The notes under the pieces: generated by a model
Databases searched by the model: none
What the model was told of the DNA's origin: nothing
The model's input: the letters and a program-made list of their open reading frames with translations, nothing else
Translations under genes and position numbers: made by a program
In this document: positions 31,164-44,634 of the stretch, in pieces
Layout: every line of letters begins with the position of its first letter
How positions within the stretch are numbered: the stretch's first letter is position 1
Assembly: GCA_031835245.2 (NCBI GenBank)
Contig: JAVKOQ020000056.1
Span: forward strand, 124,001-188,000
Length of the DNA: 64,000 nucleotides
Direction: 5' to 3'
DNA from: Balamuthia mandrillaris
Lineage: Eukaryota

Positions 31164-31473
31164 TGCCGTGGTGCAGTTGCTAGCAGGTAAGTGAAATTTC
31201 GTTTTTCTGTGTGGGTCTCTTCGTTTAGAGTTTTCCAAGAGCAACAAACATGGCCAAAATAAGCAAAACATGGCGAGATATGGAAAGCGCCGGTTGGTGC
31301 GGAAGTCGAAACGTTCCTGTCCGGGAACGTGACCACCCACGGGTGATAAAGGAATCTTCTCTTGAGCTTTCCCAGCAGGGGATGCCGTGCGTTCGCCCAA
31401 TATTTATTTAATGGGGTTTTTTTAACATGTTACGTTACGTTAAAGTAACATGCTAACAGAGACTAGCGAGTGT

Positions 31474-32139
31474 TTAGTTTTGGTCGACCCACATAATACC
31501 GACTGCAAACACCAACGCATCACCAGAGCTCATGTCAATCACAATGTTAAGGGTGATGGTTCCCTCGGCGTCCTTGTACACTCCTTCGCCTTTGGTGACG
31601 TGGAGCACACAACCGGTGGTCACCAAGCCGTTGCCGATGTCGTTCAAGATGTGAGAGGCTTCGTTCTTGAAAGATAGGGTGTGGTCGTTATGGGTAGAGT
31701 GGACCCCAAAAGTGAGATTTCCACTTACGGTGTTAAGCATGTTTTGGGTTGTTGTTACGTCCAACTGAACGGGGTCCACGGGTTAGTCAAAATCGATAGC
31801 CACTGTGGGGGGAAAGGAGAGAAGGCTCTACCGAAAGCACGGAGACGCTGCCAATCAGCTTGCCCATGTCGAAGCTAACAGTTCCGTTTCCTGCAATCCG
31901 AGTAACGATGCTCTGGGACTGCCCCTTGAAAACACCACTGAAGGCAGAGGGATCTTTTGCATCAGGGGCAAAGGTACCGCTGTACTCCAAAACAAAGTCC
32001 AGCTGTGAACGGCGGGATGAGAAAGGGGGAAGGCAAACTTCAGTTTCAGGTTTTAAAAAAAATTGCTCACCCTTTGGAGGTCAGCAGCCATAGCAGCAGC
32101 ACACAAAGCGAGCAACAGAACGAGGGTAAGTCCTCTCAT
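31474..32139 (-). CDS. Small secreted beta-rich protein, possible dirigent/AOC-like beta-barrel (3 exons)
   Basis: Signal peptide MRGLTLVLLLALCAAAMA. In-frame exons LDFVLEYSGTF... and LDVTTT...VSGNLTFG...VLHVTKGEGVYKDAEGTITL. Confidence 0.7.
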
Positions 32140-32320
32140 TTTCTATTTTACTGTACTGTGTTGGTTTTGAACGATTGTTGTCCGAAAAGCCGCACGAAAT
32201 GCCTTATTTGTACTCTTGGTGTTGATTGGTTGCAACTCCGCAACCTTAACCTCAAGCCTCCTCACCAAGGGAAAGCCTCCTCCAGGAGGAGAAGCTTGTG
32301 TTCAAAGAAGGGGGAATGAT

Positions 32321-33184
32321 TCACTTGTTTTTGCTTTGCGCTTTAGGGAGGGTGCTGCTCTCCACAAAGTTCTCGTCCAAGAAGCGGAGTGGTAGGTGGT
32401 GGTCTCTTCCCAATGAAATACCAAGGCGGGTCGTTTCCTGGATGCAAGTCGGTCGGTAGCCCACGTCCTCCAGTCGGAGAGCGGCCGGGTCGAAGCTGCG
32501 CGCGTTCCAATCTTCCACTTTCAGCCCCAGAGAGCGGCACAACAGGGTCTGTCCCGCACAGAGCCTTGTCTGTGGTCTCTCACGAGCTGTCCCGGTGGCT
32601 GGCCCTCTTCTTCTTCCTCTGGAGGTTATTGGGTTGAGCGTTCGCATGTGGCGAAGCATGCGTTGCGCGGCCTCCTGGTCGAGGTCCTCCAGGTAGGGCA
32701 CTCCGGCCTTGATGAGGACGGCGTTGCCTTGGCCCTTGCAGCTGACGTTCATGCTGTCGCCTGCCCTGGAGTAGTACATATAAATGGTGCCGGGATCCAT
32801 CCAGAGGGCACGTCGCCTCTCCGTGAAGCCCAAGGAGGAGTGGCTGGCCTTGTCTCCTTCCTTGTAGTAGGCCTCCGTTTCCACTATCATTGCGGAGAGC
32901 CACAACGGCTCCTCCTCGACCTCGCCTTCTTCCTGTTGCAAGCGAGGAGTTTCCTTTTCTCTTTCTATTATTGTGGAGGGAGAGCTCTTTTCGTCGTTCT
33001 CTTCCTCCTTTCGTCGTTTCTGCTGCGAAGAGGAAGGGGGAGAATGTGTTGTGGCGGCAGGGTCCCCTTTCCATCTGGCCCTCAGCACTTTGCCCAACAG
33101 GTCTTTGGCTACAAGGGCCGGATCTCTGTCAAAGAAAGTGCCAGTGTCCAACAACACGGCAGCAGGTCTTGCTCTCTTCATCAT
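32321..33184 (-). CDS. MPG: 3-methyladenine DNA glycosylase (MPG/AAG family), intronless, bacterial-type
   Basis: FFDRDP..VAKDLLGKVL, IVETEAYY, DKASHSS, GTIYMYY, GNAVLIK, LCAGQTLLCRSLGL, TRLGIS. Confidence 0.93.
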   Translation of the reverse strand: MMKRARPAAVLLDTGTFFDRDPALVAKDLLGKVLRARWKGDPAATTHSPPSSSQQKRRKEEENDEKSSPSTIIEREKETPRLQQEEGEVEEEPLWLSAMIVETEAYYKEGDKASHSSLGFTERRRALWMDPGTIYMYYSRAGDSMNVSCKGQGNAVLIKAGVPYLEDLDQEAAQRMLRHMRTLNPITSRGRRRGPATGTARERPQTRLCAGQTLLCRSLGLKVEDWNARSFDPAALRLEDVGYRPTCIQETTRLGISLGRDHHLPLRFLDENFVESSTLPKAQSKNK

Positions 33185-33614
33185 CCCCACAAGGTATGCT
33201 GTGAGCTCACAGGCCTAGCCAGGGTGGGGAAGGGGGAAACAAAAATAAAAAAACAAAAATAAATAGGTGTTGTGGCTGTCATGTCAACAACCCACCCTCT
33301 GCCTCCTCCTCCTCTGCCTCCTCCCCCTCTGCCTCCTCCTCCTCCTCCTCCTCCTCCTTGGAAGCGGAGGCAATGGTGCCGTAGCAGCAGCAGCTGCCGT
33401 TTTGTTTTTTTTTTTGGGTTTTTGTGTGTTGCTCCCGCTTAAATTGGCCACCCTCCACCCCACCCTCCCCCCTTCCGGGACCCCCCCCCCCCCCTACCCA
33501 AGCAACAGAGCTGCTCCAGCTTTTGATGTGAATATAGCGTGTAGCAAACTTAAGTGGTGTTGGTGGTGGACTTGGAAAGAGAAGACGCAGCAGCTGCTGC
33601 TGGCAAGTAGGGCA

Positions 33615-33965
33615 ATGAACACGGCTGACTTTCTGTACGGCCAGAACAAAGAGGACAGCTATTACCAGGTTCTTGGCTGCGACCCAAACAGCAGCAAGAG
33701 CCAGATCGTGGCAGAGTACAAGGCTAGGGTGAAGGACCTCCACCCGGACAAGCAGCCAGCAGGGAGTGACCCCGCCCCTTTCCTCCGCATCACCAAAGCC
33801 TACCAGGTGTTGAGCGACGAGGAGGAACGCAAGAAGTACGACAAGTACCTCCAGGCTGGTTTGAACGTCTCCTTCCAAGGCTGGAAGGAGATGCATGGCC
33901 ACGCTCGCGTCATGCACTGGGGCGTGCCCAAGAAGCAACCTACCCTTGACAACAAGCAGAGCTAA
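33615..33965 (+). CDS. Small J-domain co-chaperone, DNAJC12-like
   Basis: YYQVLGCD..SS..QI.AEYK...LHPDK...AYQVLSDEEERKKYD followed by ..F..W......MHW. Confidence 0.85.
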   Translation: MNTADFLYGQNKEDSYYQVLGCDPNSSKSQIVAEYKARVKDLHPDKQPAGSDPAPFLRITKAYQVLSDEEERKKYDKYLQAGLNVSFQGWKEMHGHARVMHWGVPKKQPTLDNKQS

Positions 33966-34316
33966 CGAGGAGGCACTCCCACTCCCTGCTTGCATTCATT
34001 GGCCTTGGGAAGAACACCCCTCCCATTCCACTGTACTCGAACATGTGGGTGCGTTCAAACAAAGATCACCATTTATTTGTACATCACCATCACCATCATA
34101 AATACACTTACATGCTTGTGCTAACATTACACAGAGCTGATTGGAGAAGAAGCAGAAGCTGTCCTCAGGTGTCGTTGTTGTTCGTTTCATTCAACGCGGA
34201 TGGATTACACGATGACCTTTCTTCTCTGGCCTTACCCTCAAAGAAGAGATGGAAAAGAGTTGGGCTTTCCATGCAAACATCTGCTGCTCGTTTGTTTTTA
34301 CAACCTTGCATGGAAG

Positions 34317-35046
34317 CTAGCTGACGGCACAACACCCCTGTTTGTCTTGTTTGGGGGGACTTGTGCCAGTGCCAGTTCTTCTTCTGGAGGTGGTTGGGGT
34401 GGGCTGAGCTTCGTCTCTGTCCGCTGTATTGAATGAAGCCATTCAAACATGTCAACCACAACAGAGACTATGATGAGAAGGATGGGAGGGACCGTGATGA
34501 GAGGCGTGATAACAACCTTTGAACCGTTTGTAGATATCGCTCCGCAGAAACTGGTCAAAGTTGGTGTTGGCCATCAACACAAACATGTCCTTTTGTACAT
34601 TCTGGAAGGTGTCCACCGTTGCTTCGCTCAGTCGCCCAGCAACCTCTTGCCGCAGCACCCAAGGCAAGTTCAGCTCGTAGGGTGAGGAGGACATGATATA
34701 CTTGGCATAGATCTCGTTCGCTCTCTTCTTTCTTCGTGCATCGTCCTCTATGTCCTTATACCCTGTTTGCAGGAGAATGTTTGCCAAGATAAGACTCATA
34801 ACACAGCAAGTACTTTAACATTAACTGAGAGCGCATTTTACGTTCAACGTCTATCCAGAACATGAGGCTTTCGGCGCAGCAACTCTTGTTTAGAAACTCC
34901 ATGAAGGTGTTTCGACCTTTGGTGTCCCGGAGAATGGCATTGAGGAAGTACTCCTTGCTCATCTCTCGCTCCAACTCGGCTAACCTCTCCGGCGTAAGGG
35001 GCGCATTTTCCTTTATCTCCCAATCGCTGTCATTGTCTTCTTCCAT
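34317..35046 (-). CDS. Small RGS-domain protein with C-terminal CaaX (3 exons)
   Basis: FMEFLNKSCCAESLMFWIDVER|YK, ANEIYAKYI...SPYELNL, F...QK....LMANTNF.QFLRSDIY. The last exon reads ...KQDKQGCCAVS-stop. Confidence 0.88.
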
Positions 35047-35501
35047 TCTTCCTTTCTGACTCTTCTACGACGGTACCACCACTGGTGCTCGTTATGTTTT
35101 TTCCGTTCCCCTCTCTCTCCTCATAAGCTGAGCGCGTTCTTTGAGTCTAACAATGAGTCATGTCCATGCATATAAACTGTTAAAACTGAGTGGCTTTCTG
35201 CAATGTCCGACAAGAGACTGAGCTCTTGGTGAAGAGGAGCAGTCCTTGCTTCTTCAACTTGGAACAAAACGGTGCGGTGTGTGGTGGTCTGTCTTGGCTC
35301 AACGGCCGCTTATGTGTCGACCGATTTTACCTTATCAGAGGAAAACCCCAATCGCAAAGGACAACAAAGGAAAGCAGCCCTGCAGTGCAGAAGCTCTTCT
35401 TCCTCCTCCTCGCCCTGCAAAGCAATGCTTCAGCACAGCATTAACACCCCGCCAGCCAACGGCCACCATATCAGCTGCTCCACATAACCCGCAAAGATCA
35501 T

Positions 35502-38296
<2,795 letters not shown>

Positions 38297-38804
38297 TACT
38301 CGCTTACCGGCAGCTGCGTTCTTGTGCCGCAGCAGCAGAAATTATGGCCAACCAACCAACCAATCAACCTATTAGTCCGTTCGTGGCCCGACAGCAGGCT
38401 TGTGCTTCTGTGTTTGCTGCCAGTAGGCGTGCGTGCAGGCCGCTGCCTCCCCTCCGCCTTTGCCAACGACATGTCGTCGGAGAGATTGCCCCGTACGAAC
38501 GTAGAGCGAGCTTCCAAAGGAAGGCTCACGGGATGATTTTTTGCCTCCTCCTGTTCCTGAGCTGAGGGGGAGGAGGAGGTTCCACTGAAGTTACAGAGAA
38601 AAGAGAAAGAAAGAACAAAGGCAAACCACATGAAAAACTGCTTCCTTCACCGGTGGCCTCCTCAACACCACCCCAGTTCGTTTTTTTTTTTTGTTCCTAC
38701 TTTTGAAGGGTGGAGGGGGAAGAGGAAGACCACGACGACCAAGAAAGAGTGAATAAGCAGAAGACCACGAAGCATAGAGGAAAGAGCTCCCTTTAAGAAA
38801 AACA

Positions 38805-39851
38805 ATGTGGGCATTGGATAGTGGAGCATGGCGACGGAGAATGGCGGAGCTGCTGGATAGCCCCTTTGGTACTTGGCTGGGGGGTCCCTCCCCGCTCTCT
38901 CTTCGAGGGAGAAGAGAACGACCAGCCCCTGCCGCCACCGCAGAGCGAGCCAGGAAGAGAAGAAGGCACGCAGAGGAGGAGGGCAACAGGCAGGAAGGGG
39001 AAACGGCCAGCGAGGCAGAGGAAGAGGCAAAAGGCAAGGAGGTCTCTCCCTCGGCGCTTTGGTCAGGGAGCGGCTGGTGGTTACCCCACATGGACATCGT
39101 GGAGAAGGAAGAGGTGGTGAGACTGCTCGTCGAACTGCCAGGCATACGTAAGGAGGACATCAACCTGGAAATAGACCCCACCACCAACACCCTTCACATC
39201 TCTGGAGAGAAATGGATACCTGCCCTTGCCCCTTCCGCTTCTGCCGCTGGCAAGGAGAAAGAAGGAGCAGAGGAGGAAGAAGTGGAAGAGGCGGGAGAAT
39301 CGGTGACCCTACGCGAGAGAAGATTCGGCATGTTCAAGAGAAGCGTGAGCTTTCCCTTTGAGCTGGAGCACGCCGCTGTGGATGCTCGTTTGGAAGACGG
39401 TGTGCTGAGGATTGATGTACCCAAAAGGAGTAAAGACAAAGGAAAGGAACTAGAGAAGCACTTTTCCGTTCATGTTAGAGAAGCAGAGGAAGAACCAGTT
39501 CTTCCAACCGAGCGGAAGACCAGAGAAGAGTTGAAGGAGGAGGGCGAAGAGGAAGAGGAGGAAGAAGACGTAGAAAAGGAAGAACAGCCTTCACCAACGA
39601 AACTAGGAACACACGGAAGAAAGAGAAAGGCGGATACCACGACCATCGCAACTATCACAGAACCACCAAAGAAAAGCGAAAGGTTAGCCAAACGCAAAAC
39701 CGCCAAGAAACCTGAAAAAGAAGAAGAAGAAGAAACGGGTACGCAAAAACGAGGAAGAGGAAGAACGTCCCCACGCGGTACCACCAAGAAAGGGGCAGCA
39801 GCCAGCACAACAACAGGGCGGGGTGGCACAGCTAAATCAAAGAAAAAATGA
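38805..39851 (+). CDS. Small heat-shock protein (Hsp20/alpha-crystallin domain) with long charged C-terminal tail
   Basis: PHMDIVE.....LLVELPGIRKEDINLEI....LHISGEK...RERRFGMFKRSVSFP......VDARLEDGVLRIDVPK. Intronless, 348 aa. Confidence 0.9.
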   Translation: MWALDSGAWRRRMAELLDSPFGTWLGGPSPLSLRGRRERPAPAATAERARKRRRHAEEEGNRQEGETASEAEEEAKGKEVSPSALWSGSGWWLPHMDIVEKEEVVRLLVELPGIRKEDINLEIDPTTNTLHISGEKWIPALAPSASAAGKEKEGAEEEEVEEAGESVTLRERRFGMFKRSVSFPFELEHAAVDARLEDGVLRIDVPKRSKDKGKELEKHFSVHVREAEEEPVLPTERKTREELKEEGEEEEEEEDVEKEEQPSPTKLGTHGRKRKADTTTIATITEPPKKSERLAKRKTAKKPEKEEEEETGTQKRGRGRTSPRGTTKKGAAASTTTGRGGTAKSKKK

Positions 39852-39918
39852 AGCAGCAGCCCATCTCTTCGTCAATAAAGTTGATCCTGTTATCACAAAA
39901 ATGACGCTTCCGTGCTCA

Positions 39919-41269
39919 CTAAGCCTGGCTCCTTTCTTTTAGGTGGTATGGCAGATCGTCCTTTTCGTTATTCGCTTTGTTCTTGTTATAGCGTGGTTTC
40001 CTCTCTAGTTCTTCATTGATCTCCTCTTCATCGTTTCTGTATGCGTGTTCATCATCTTCACTTCCATTACCTTCGTCTTCATCATCAAAGTCTGTGTCCT
40101 CATTGTCATCGTCATTGTTATACCGTTCTTCGCGCTCAGGAAGAGAAGGATAAGAAGCTTCCACCAATACTTTAAGTTCTTCCCTCTTGAGAGGCCGCCA
40201 CTTTCCTTCTGGTAAATCTCCTAGTTGTATGGGGCCAATAGATTCTCTCTTGATGGACAACGGAACGCCATTCCCAATTGCTGCCATCATTCTTCTAACT
40301 TGATGATATCTTCCTTCGTAAAGCGTAATCCTGTTACGTTGTTGGTTGTGCTTTCTTTAGAGAAAAAGAAATGAAGAAAGAGCAGAAGAGAACAAGAAAA
40401 TAACCTTGCCATCTTCTGCTCCTGATCCACCACCTCGAACTTGGCAGGCCTACAAGGATAGATTTCTCCTCGCAGCTTTAGAGTACCAGAAGCAAATAGC
40501 TCCGGTTCTTTGCCAGACAGTGGATTGCGGCTTTGTACCAGATACACTTTCGGCAGTTTCTGCTTTCCTCTGCGCGAAGGAGACGCTATCTGGTGTTGTA
40601 ATTGCCCTTTTGGAGAGGCCCAGCAAGTGAAGTCAATGAGTGCACAAGCAGGTTCAGATACAAAGAATATGAATGCGTTGAATTCAGAAAAGCTGGCGAA
40701 CCATACCATCTTGGGTTAGGAGCACAAGTCCCGTCACCCATTTGTCCAGCCGCCCACATATGGAGAGTAACGGCCGCCGTTTTATATAATCTTCCTGTGG
40801 TGCACCACAGAGAAAGGGTAAGCTCTCCGCGTGAAGAAACACGTTAAGATGGTGTGAGTGGTGGCCTTACCGGTAAAAAATCGTAGACGGTTCGGTGCTC
40901 TCCTTTCGCACGAGTGCAGACCACGCCTTTTGGTTTGTGGAACATCAGGTGAAGGCTGCGGATAGCGACACGTCAGTGAGCAACAATAAATAAAAGCAAA
41001 AAAAGGAACATAAAAGAACTAACGGCTCGTTGGAACGTATGGCCTCCCCATTGATGGTGACCTGAGAGGGCAAGGCTTTGGCGTGCAGCGACAACACGCG
41101 CTCTCCCTCCACCAAAACTTGGTTTTTCTTTATGAAAGACTGCCGGCGGGCAACGGTTAGCAGACAAAGACTAAAGGAGGAGGACACAAAAATGGACATA
41201 TACCAAAGCGCCACCGCGAGTGCAATAGCCAAGGTTGCTCAGCAGTCGGTCCACGCGTTGCGGCCTCAT
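39919..41269 (-). CDS. RsuA-family pseudouridine synthase with S4 domain, multi-exon (start may lie further upstream)
   Basis: RVDRLLSNLGYCTR, MFHKPKGVVCT, GRLDKWVTGL, PKVYLV, LYEGRYHQVRRMMAAIG, RESIGPIQLGDLPEGKWRPL. Confidence 0.88.
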
Positions 41270-41351
41270 GTGCGTTGGGCGGCGGACTGGTCTTTCCCGT
41301 CGACGTTCTTTTTCCACTGCGACAGGTGTCTCTCTCCTCTCTTTCTGTCTG

Positions 41352-41410
<59 letters not shown>

Positions 41411-41505
41411 AGTATATTTTAGGCTTTGGGAGGGGTTTGACGTCAGCAGAATTGAAAAAGGATAGAAAGGGAAATTACAAAAAAAAACGGGAGGCAGGAG
41501 ATGAG

Positions 41506-42411
41506 ATGCAGCCAAGCCGGCGTGTGGCCATTGCAAGTACCACCAGCCATTTGGAACGCGCCAATGCAGGGTTCGCCCAAAGACGAGCGGCAGAGATTAA
41601 CCAAGGTGGAGAGCAGAACCCAAAGAAGAAGGAACAGAAACAGGGTGGGCCACAAGCAATAGTGGCTCTGGAGCGGCAGCTGGAGGAAGCAGAGAAGGCA
41701 TCCCGCTCACTGGCTCTGTCTTTGGAAGAGGAGCAAGCGCGCGCCAATAAGCTGCAAAAGGAGTGTGAGAAACTAGAGGCGGCACACAAAGCAGCAACTT
41801 CAATGCTGGAACTCACCAAGAGCCAATTAAACACGTGCGAGGCACTCAATCCATCCGGTGAGATCGGCGAGTGTCACGAGATCGTTAGTAAGATAGCTGC
41901 CTCTGGTTCCGAGGTAGAAAGGCAAAAATTCTTGACCTTGTACCAAGCGGTTTCCAAGGCAGATAAACTTCAGAGCGAGAAGAAGATGCTTGAGACTGAG
42001 AAGAAGTTGATCGAGAGCGAGAACCGGACACTAAAGTATGCTCTTGGTAAGGTGTATTGCCGCTGTCTCCTCGAGATGTTTTGTAACGACTTCATTAAGT
42101 TGCACGAGGAAAACAAGCATCCTGATTGCCTGTGGCCGCATGACGAGGAAATACGTCCCAACGGTCTGCCGTATGTCACCACTGCTGACCATATCGCAGC
42201 ACCATGCTTTAATCTCCAAACCATTGGGTTTTCAACTGAATTCAGCGGCCTGGCTGACTTGTGGAAAAAGTTGTCACGGATGGTCCACCACTTCAGTGGA
42301 GGAACAGTATTCATCCCTGCTGGCGCTCTGTTGGACACCGAGCAGAAGCTTGTGTGTCAATTGGCCAAGTATCTTAAACTGGACACAGAGATCATCCCAG
42401 AGACTCCATGA
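41506..42411 (+). CDS. Hypothetical intronless coiled-coil protein with C-terminal globular region
   Basis: ~301-aa ORF from ATG 41506 with a heptad-rich middle. Last gene before the TE block. Confidence 0.6.
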   Translation: MQPSRRVAIASTTSHLERANAGFAQRRAAEINQGGEQNPKKKEQKQGGPQAIVALERQLEEAEKASRSLALSLEEEQARANKLQKECEKLEAAHKAATSMLELTKSQLNTCEALNPSGEIGECHEIVSKIAASGSEVERQKFLTLYQAVSKADKLQSEKKMLETEKKLIESENRTLKYALGKVYCRCLLEMFCNDFIKLHEENKHPDCLWPHDEEIRPNGLPYVTTADHIAAPCFNLQTIGFSTEFSGLADLWKKLSRMVHHFSGGTVFIPAGALLDTEQKLVCQLAKYLKLDTEIIPETP

Positions 42412-42490
42412 ATCCGTGGCTAAGGAGTTGATTGGAATAGATTGTTTTGTTGTTTCTCTATTCCTATTCTGTTCTCATTTGCAATCATTT

Positions 42491-43090
42491 TAGTAGTAGT
42501 AGTAATAAGAAGTTTATTTGCTCTAAGAGCAACACCAATCTTAACAGGAAGTGTTCTCCTTTTTCTTCCTCAGCATTGCATGCTGGGCACTTCTGTCCTC
42601 TTCAGACTGCTGAATGGCTCCCCACTTTTTTCCAATGGGCAGTCCACTACGACAAATAGCATTCATCAATCATTCTTTCCTTGGGTTGGTAATCACTAAG
42701 CTCCGTTGTTGTCCAACTAAACATTTTCCATTTGTCAGGAAGTTATGCCATAGTCATGCTGTTGTTCCTCTTTCTCCTTCAGCTGCAAACTCCACCTTGG
42801 CTACTCGAGTTCTCATCCTCTTGGCTTTCTTTTCAACATCACTTGTCCCTTCACTTCTCTCACCTTCTTTCTTCTCACCTTCCTCTTTCCTTGCTTGGCT
42901 TATCTCTTCAAGTACTACTATAGCTCAAAGTGGCCATCTTGCTTCTCAGCATGGCGAATTACTGCTTGCCTTTCCAACTCACAGTAGGCCTTGATGGTCA
43001 ACCAGCCCAATTCTGCTCTACAAACCCCCTAACTTGCAATACACTTGCTGTCTCATTTCACACAGCTTTGATCTTCTTCTACCTAAAAGT
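42491..43090 (-). mobile_element. Degenerate non-LTR retrotransposon (LINE) 3' fragment with internal deletion
   Basis: The minus strand encodes KCPACNAEEEKGEHFLL (C-terminal CCHC knuckle) and RAELGWLTI, joined to the shared 3' tail GTTGCTCTTAGAGCAAATAAACTTCTTATTACTACTA. Confidence 0.75.
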
Positions 43091-43664
43091 ATTTCCCTTT
43101 TTTTTTTTTTAATGAAAATGAGTGAAAATGGGAAGAGTTATAAAAAATTCATTGTTTTTTGAGTTCCACACTGGTTTGCTCTCCCTTGAAAGGTCCAAAA
43201 CTACCCTCTCAGAGAGTGGCAAAAAGATATCCCAAGAGTCGCTTTCCATTATAGCTTGGTAGACCCTTCGGTCTTGAAAGAGGTGTTGGAACTCTTCTTC
43301 ATCATCATCATCTGTTTCCTTTCTCATCTCTCACTTTGCCCTTTCTGAAGTTTGACCTTCCTCTTGCTGTTGAATCACAAGCTCCTTCAAACAGCAAACA
43401 CAAGAAAGGGACAAAGGAAAAGAGAAAGAGAGAGGCAAAGGCAAAAGGAGAGAGAATAGATTACTACGAGTTAATACCTGGAGTGATTTTGGCTAATACC
43501 CATTACTCCTTCTTCATGCTTTTCCCACTTCTTCTAACAAAATGTGAAATAGATGTGTCAACAAAAAGCAAATATCAGGCCTCTGAACCACTTTATTCCA
43601 GTTCCATTTGTTTCACCTGTTGTGCCCAAAGGAATTGAAAGGATCCTTTAGCTGAATTTATATA

Positions 43665-44105
43665 CAAGGACAATGGAGATGAAGAACAAGTCAGAAAACG
43701 AATTATAGAAGACTGTACAACAAAGCTCCTGTCAAGTGGAAAGAAATGCAACAGAGCTCAAGAGATGGAGCATTGTAAGCAAAGTTGTAAACAAGTCTGG
43801 AAATTATGGGCAGCAAGAGCAAGTTAGAAGTATGGAAGTTCTTCTGCATTTTATCAATCTTTGGAAGTAATGTAAAAGTAAGGAAATGATAAAAGAGGAA
43901 AAGGGGAAGGAAAGGATAGCTAGATGATACAAAGTTAGTCTGAAAGCTCATTCAACACCTTTCACTTGTAAACTAACATAACAATTGGGAAGGCATTGAG
44001 GATGAGGGAGTAAGAAAAGTAAAAGTACACTATGTATGTATAATGCTTACTTTTTTGTATAGGTTGGTGTTGCTCTCAGAGCAAATAAACTTCTTATTAC
44101 TACTA
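43665..44105 (+). mobile_element. LINE 3' fragment (same family)
   Basis: Near-identical, in inverted orientation, to 54275-54705. Ends in GAGCAAATAAACTTCTTATTACTACTA. Confidence 0.8.
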
Positions 44106-44634
44106 TTCTCTTTGTAGTAGCTTTGGGAAAAACTACCAAAAACTGCCATTTTATGTAGTGGTTTTGCAGCTTTCTCAGTTTGACAACTTCGTTTGACCAA
44201 GTGTGCTAGTAGAGCAAAAAGTACTTAAGTCAGTCCTGCTCCAGATTCCTATAATCAACAATCATACACAGAGGTAGTCAGATCAGCTTCACAAGGGACC
44301 AGATTACTATAGTAAGGAATTCCCCTTCAACAGTAACTAACACAATACAAACAAAAAGGAGAATCTCCTTTTGCTGTTCACTTGGAATATATGGCAAAAA
44401 AAAATATTTTTCAGGTCTTAAAAAAAATATTTTTCTTAAAAATTAATTTTTAGTTAAAAAAATAATATTTTTCCGTTAACAAAAATAATAAAAAAAATGT
44501 TTTTTAATTTCAAAAATATTTTTTATGGTTTGAAAACATTTTTTAAGTTCTAAAAATTATTTTTTTATAAAGCATTATTAAAAGACATTTAATATAAAAA
44601 ATCTACTATTAAACATTAAACAAAATACAAAGAT

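Noticed and set aside
43109..43640. Possible host gene fragment on the minus strand
   Set aside because: Short broken frames with no recognisable motif, between LINE pieces. Cannot be supported.
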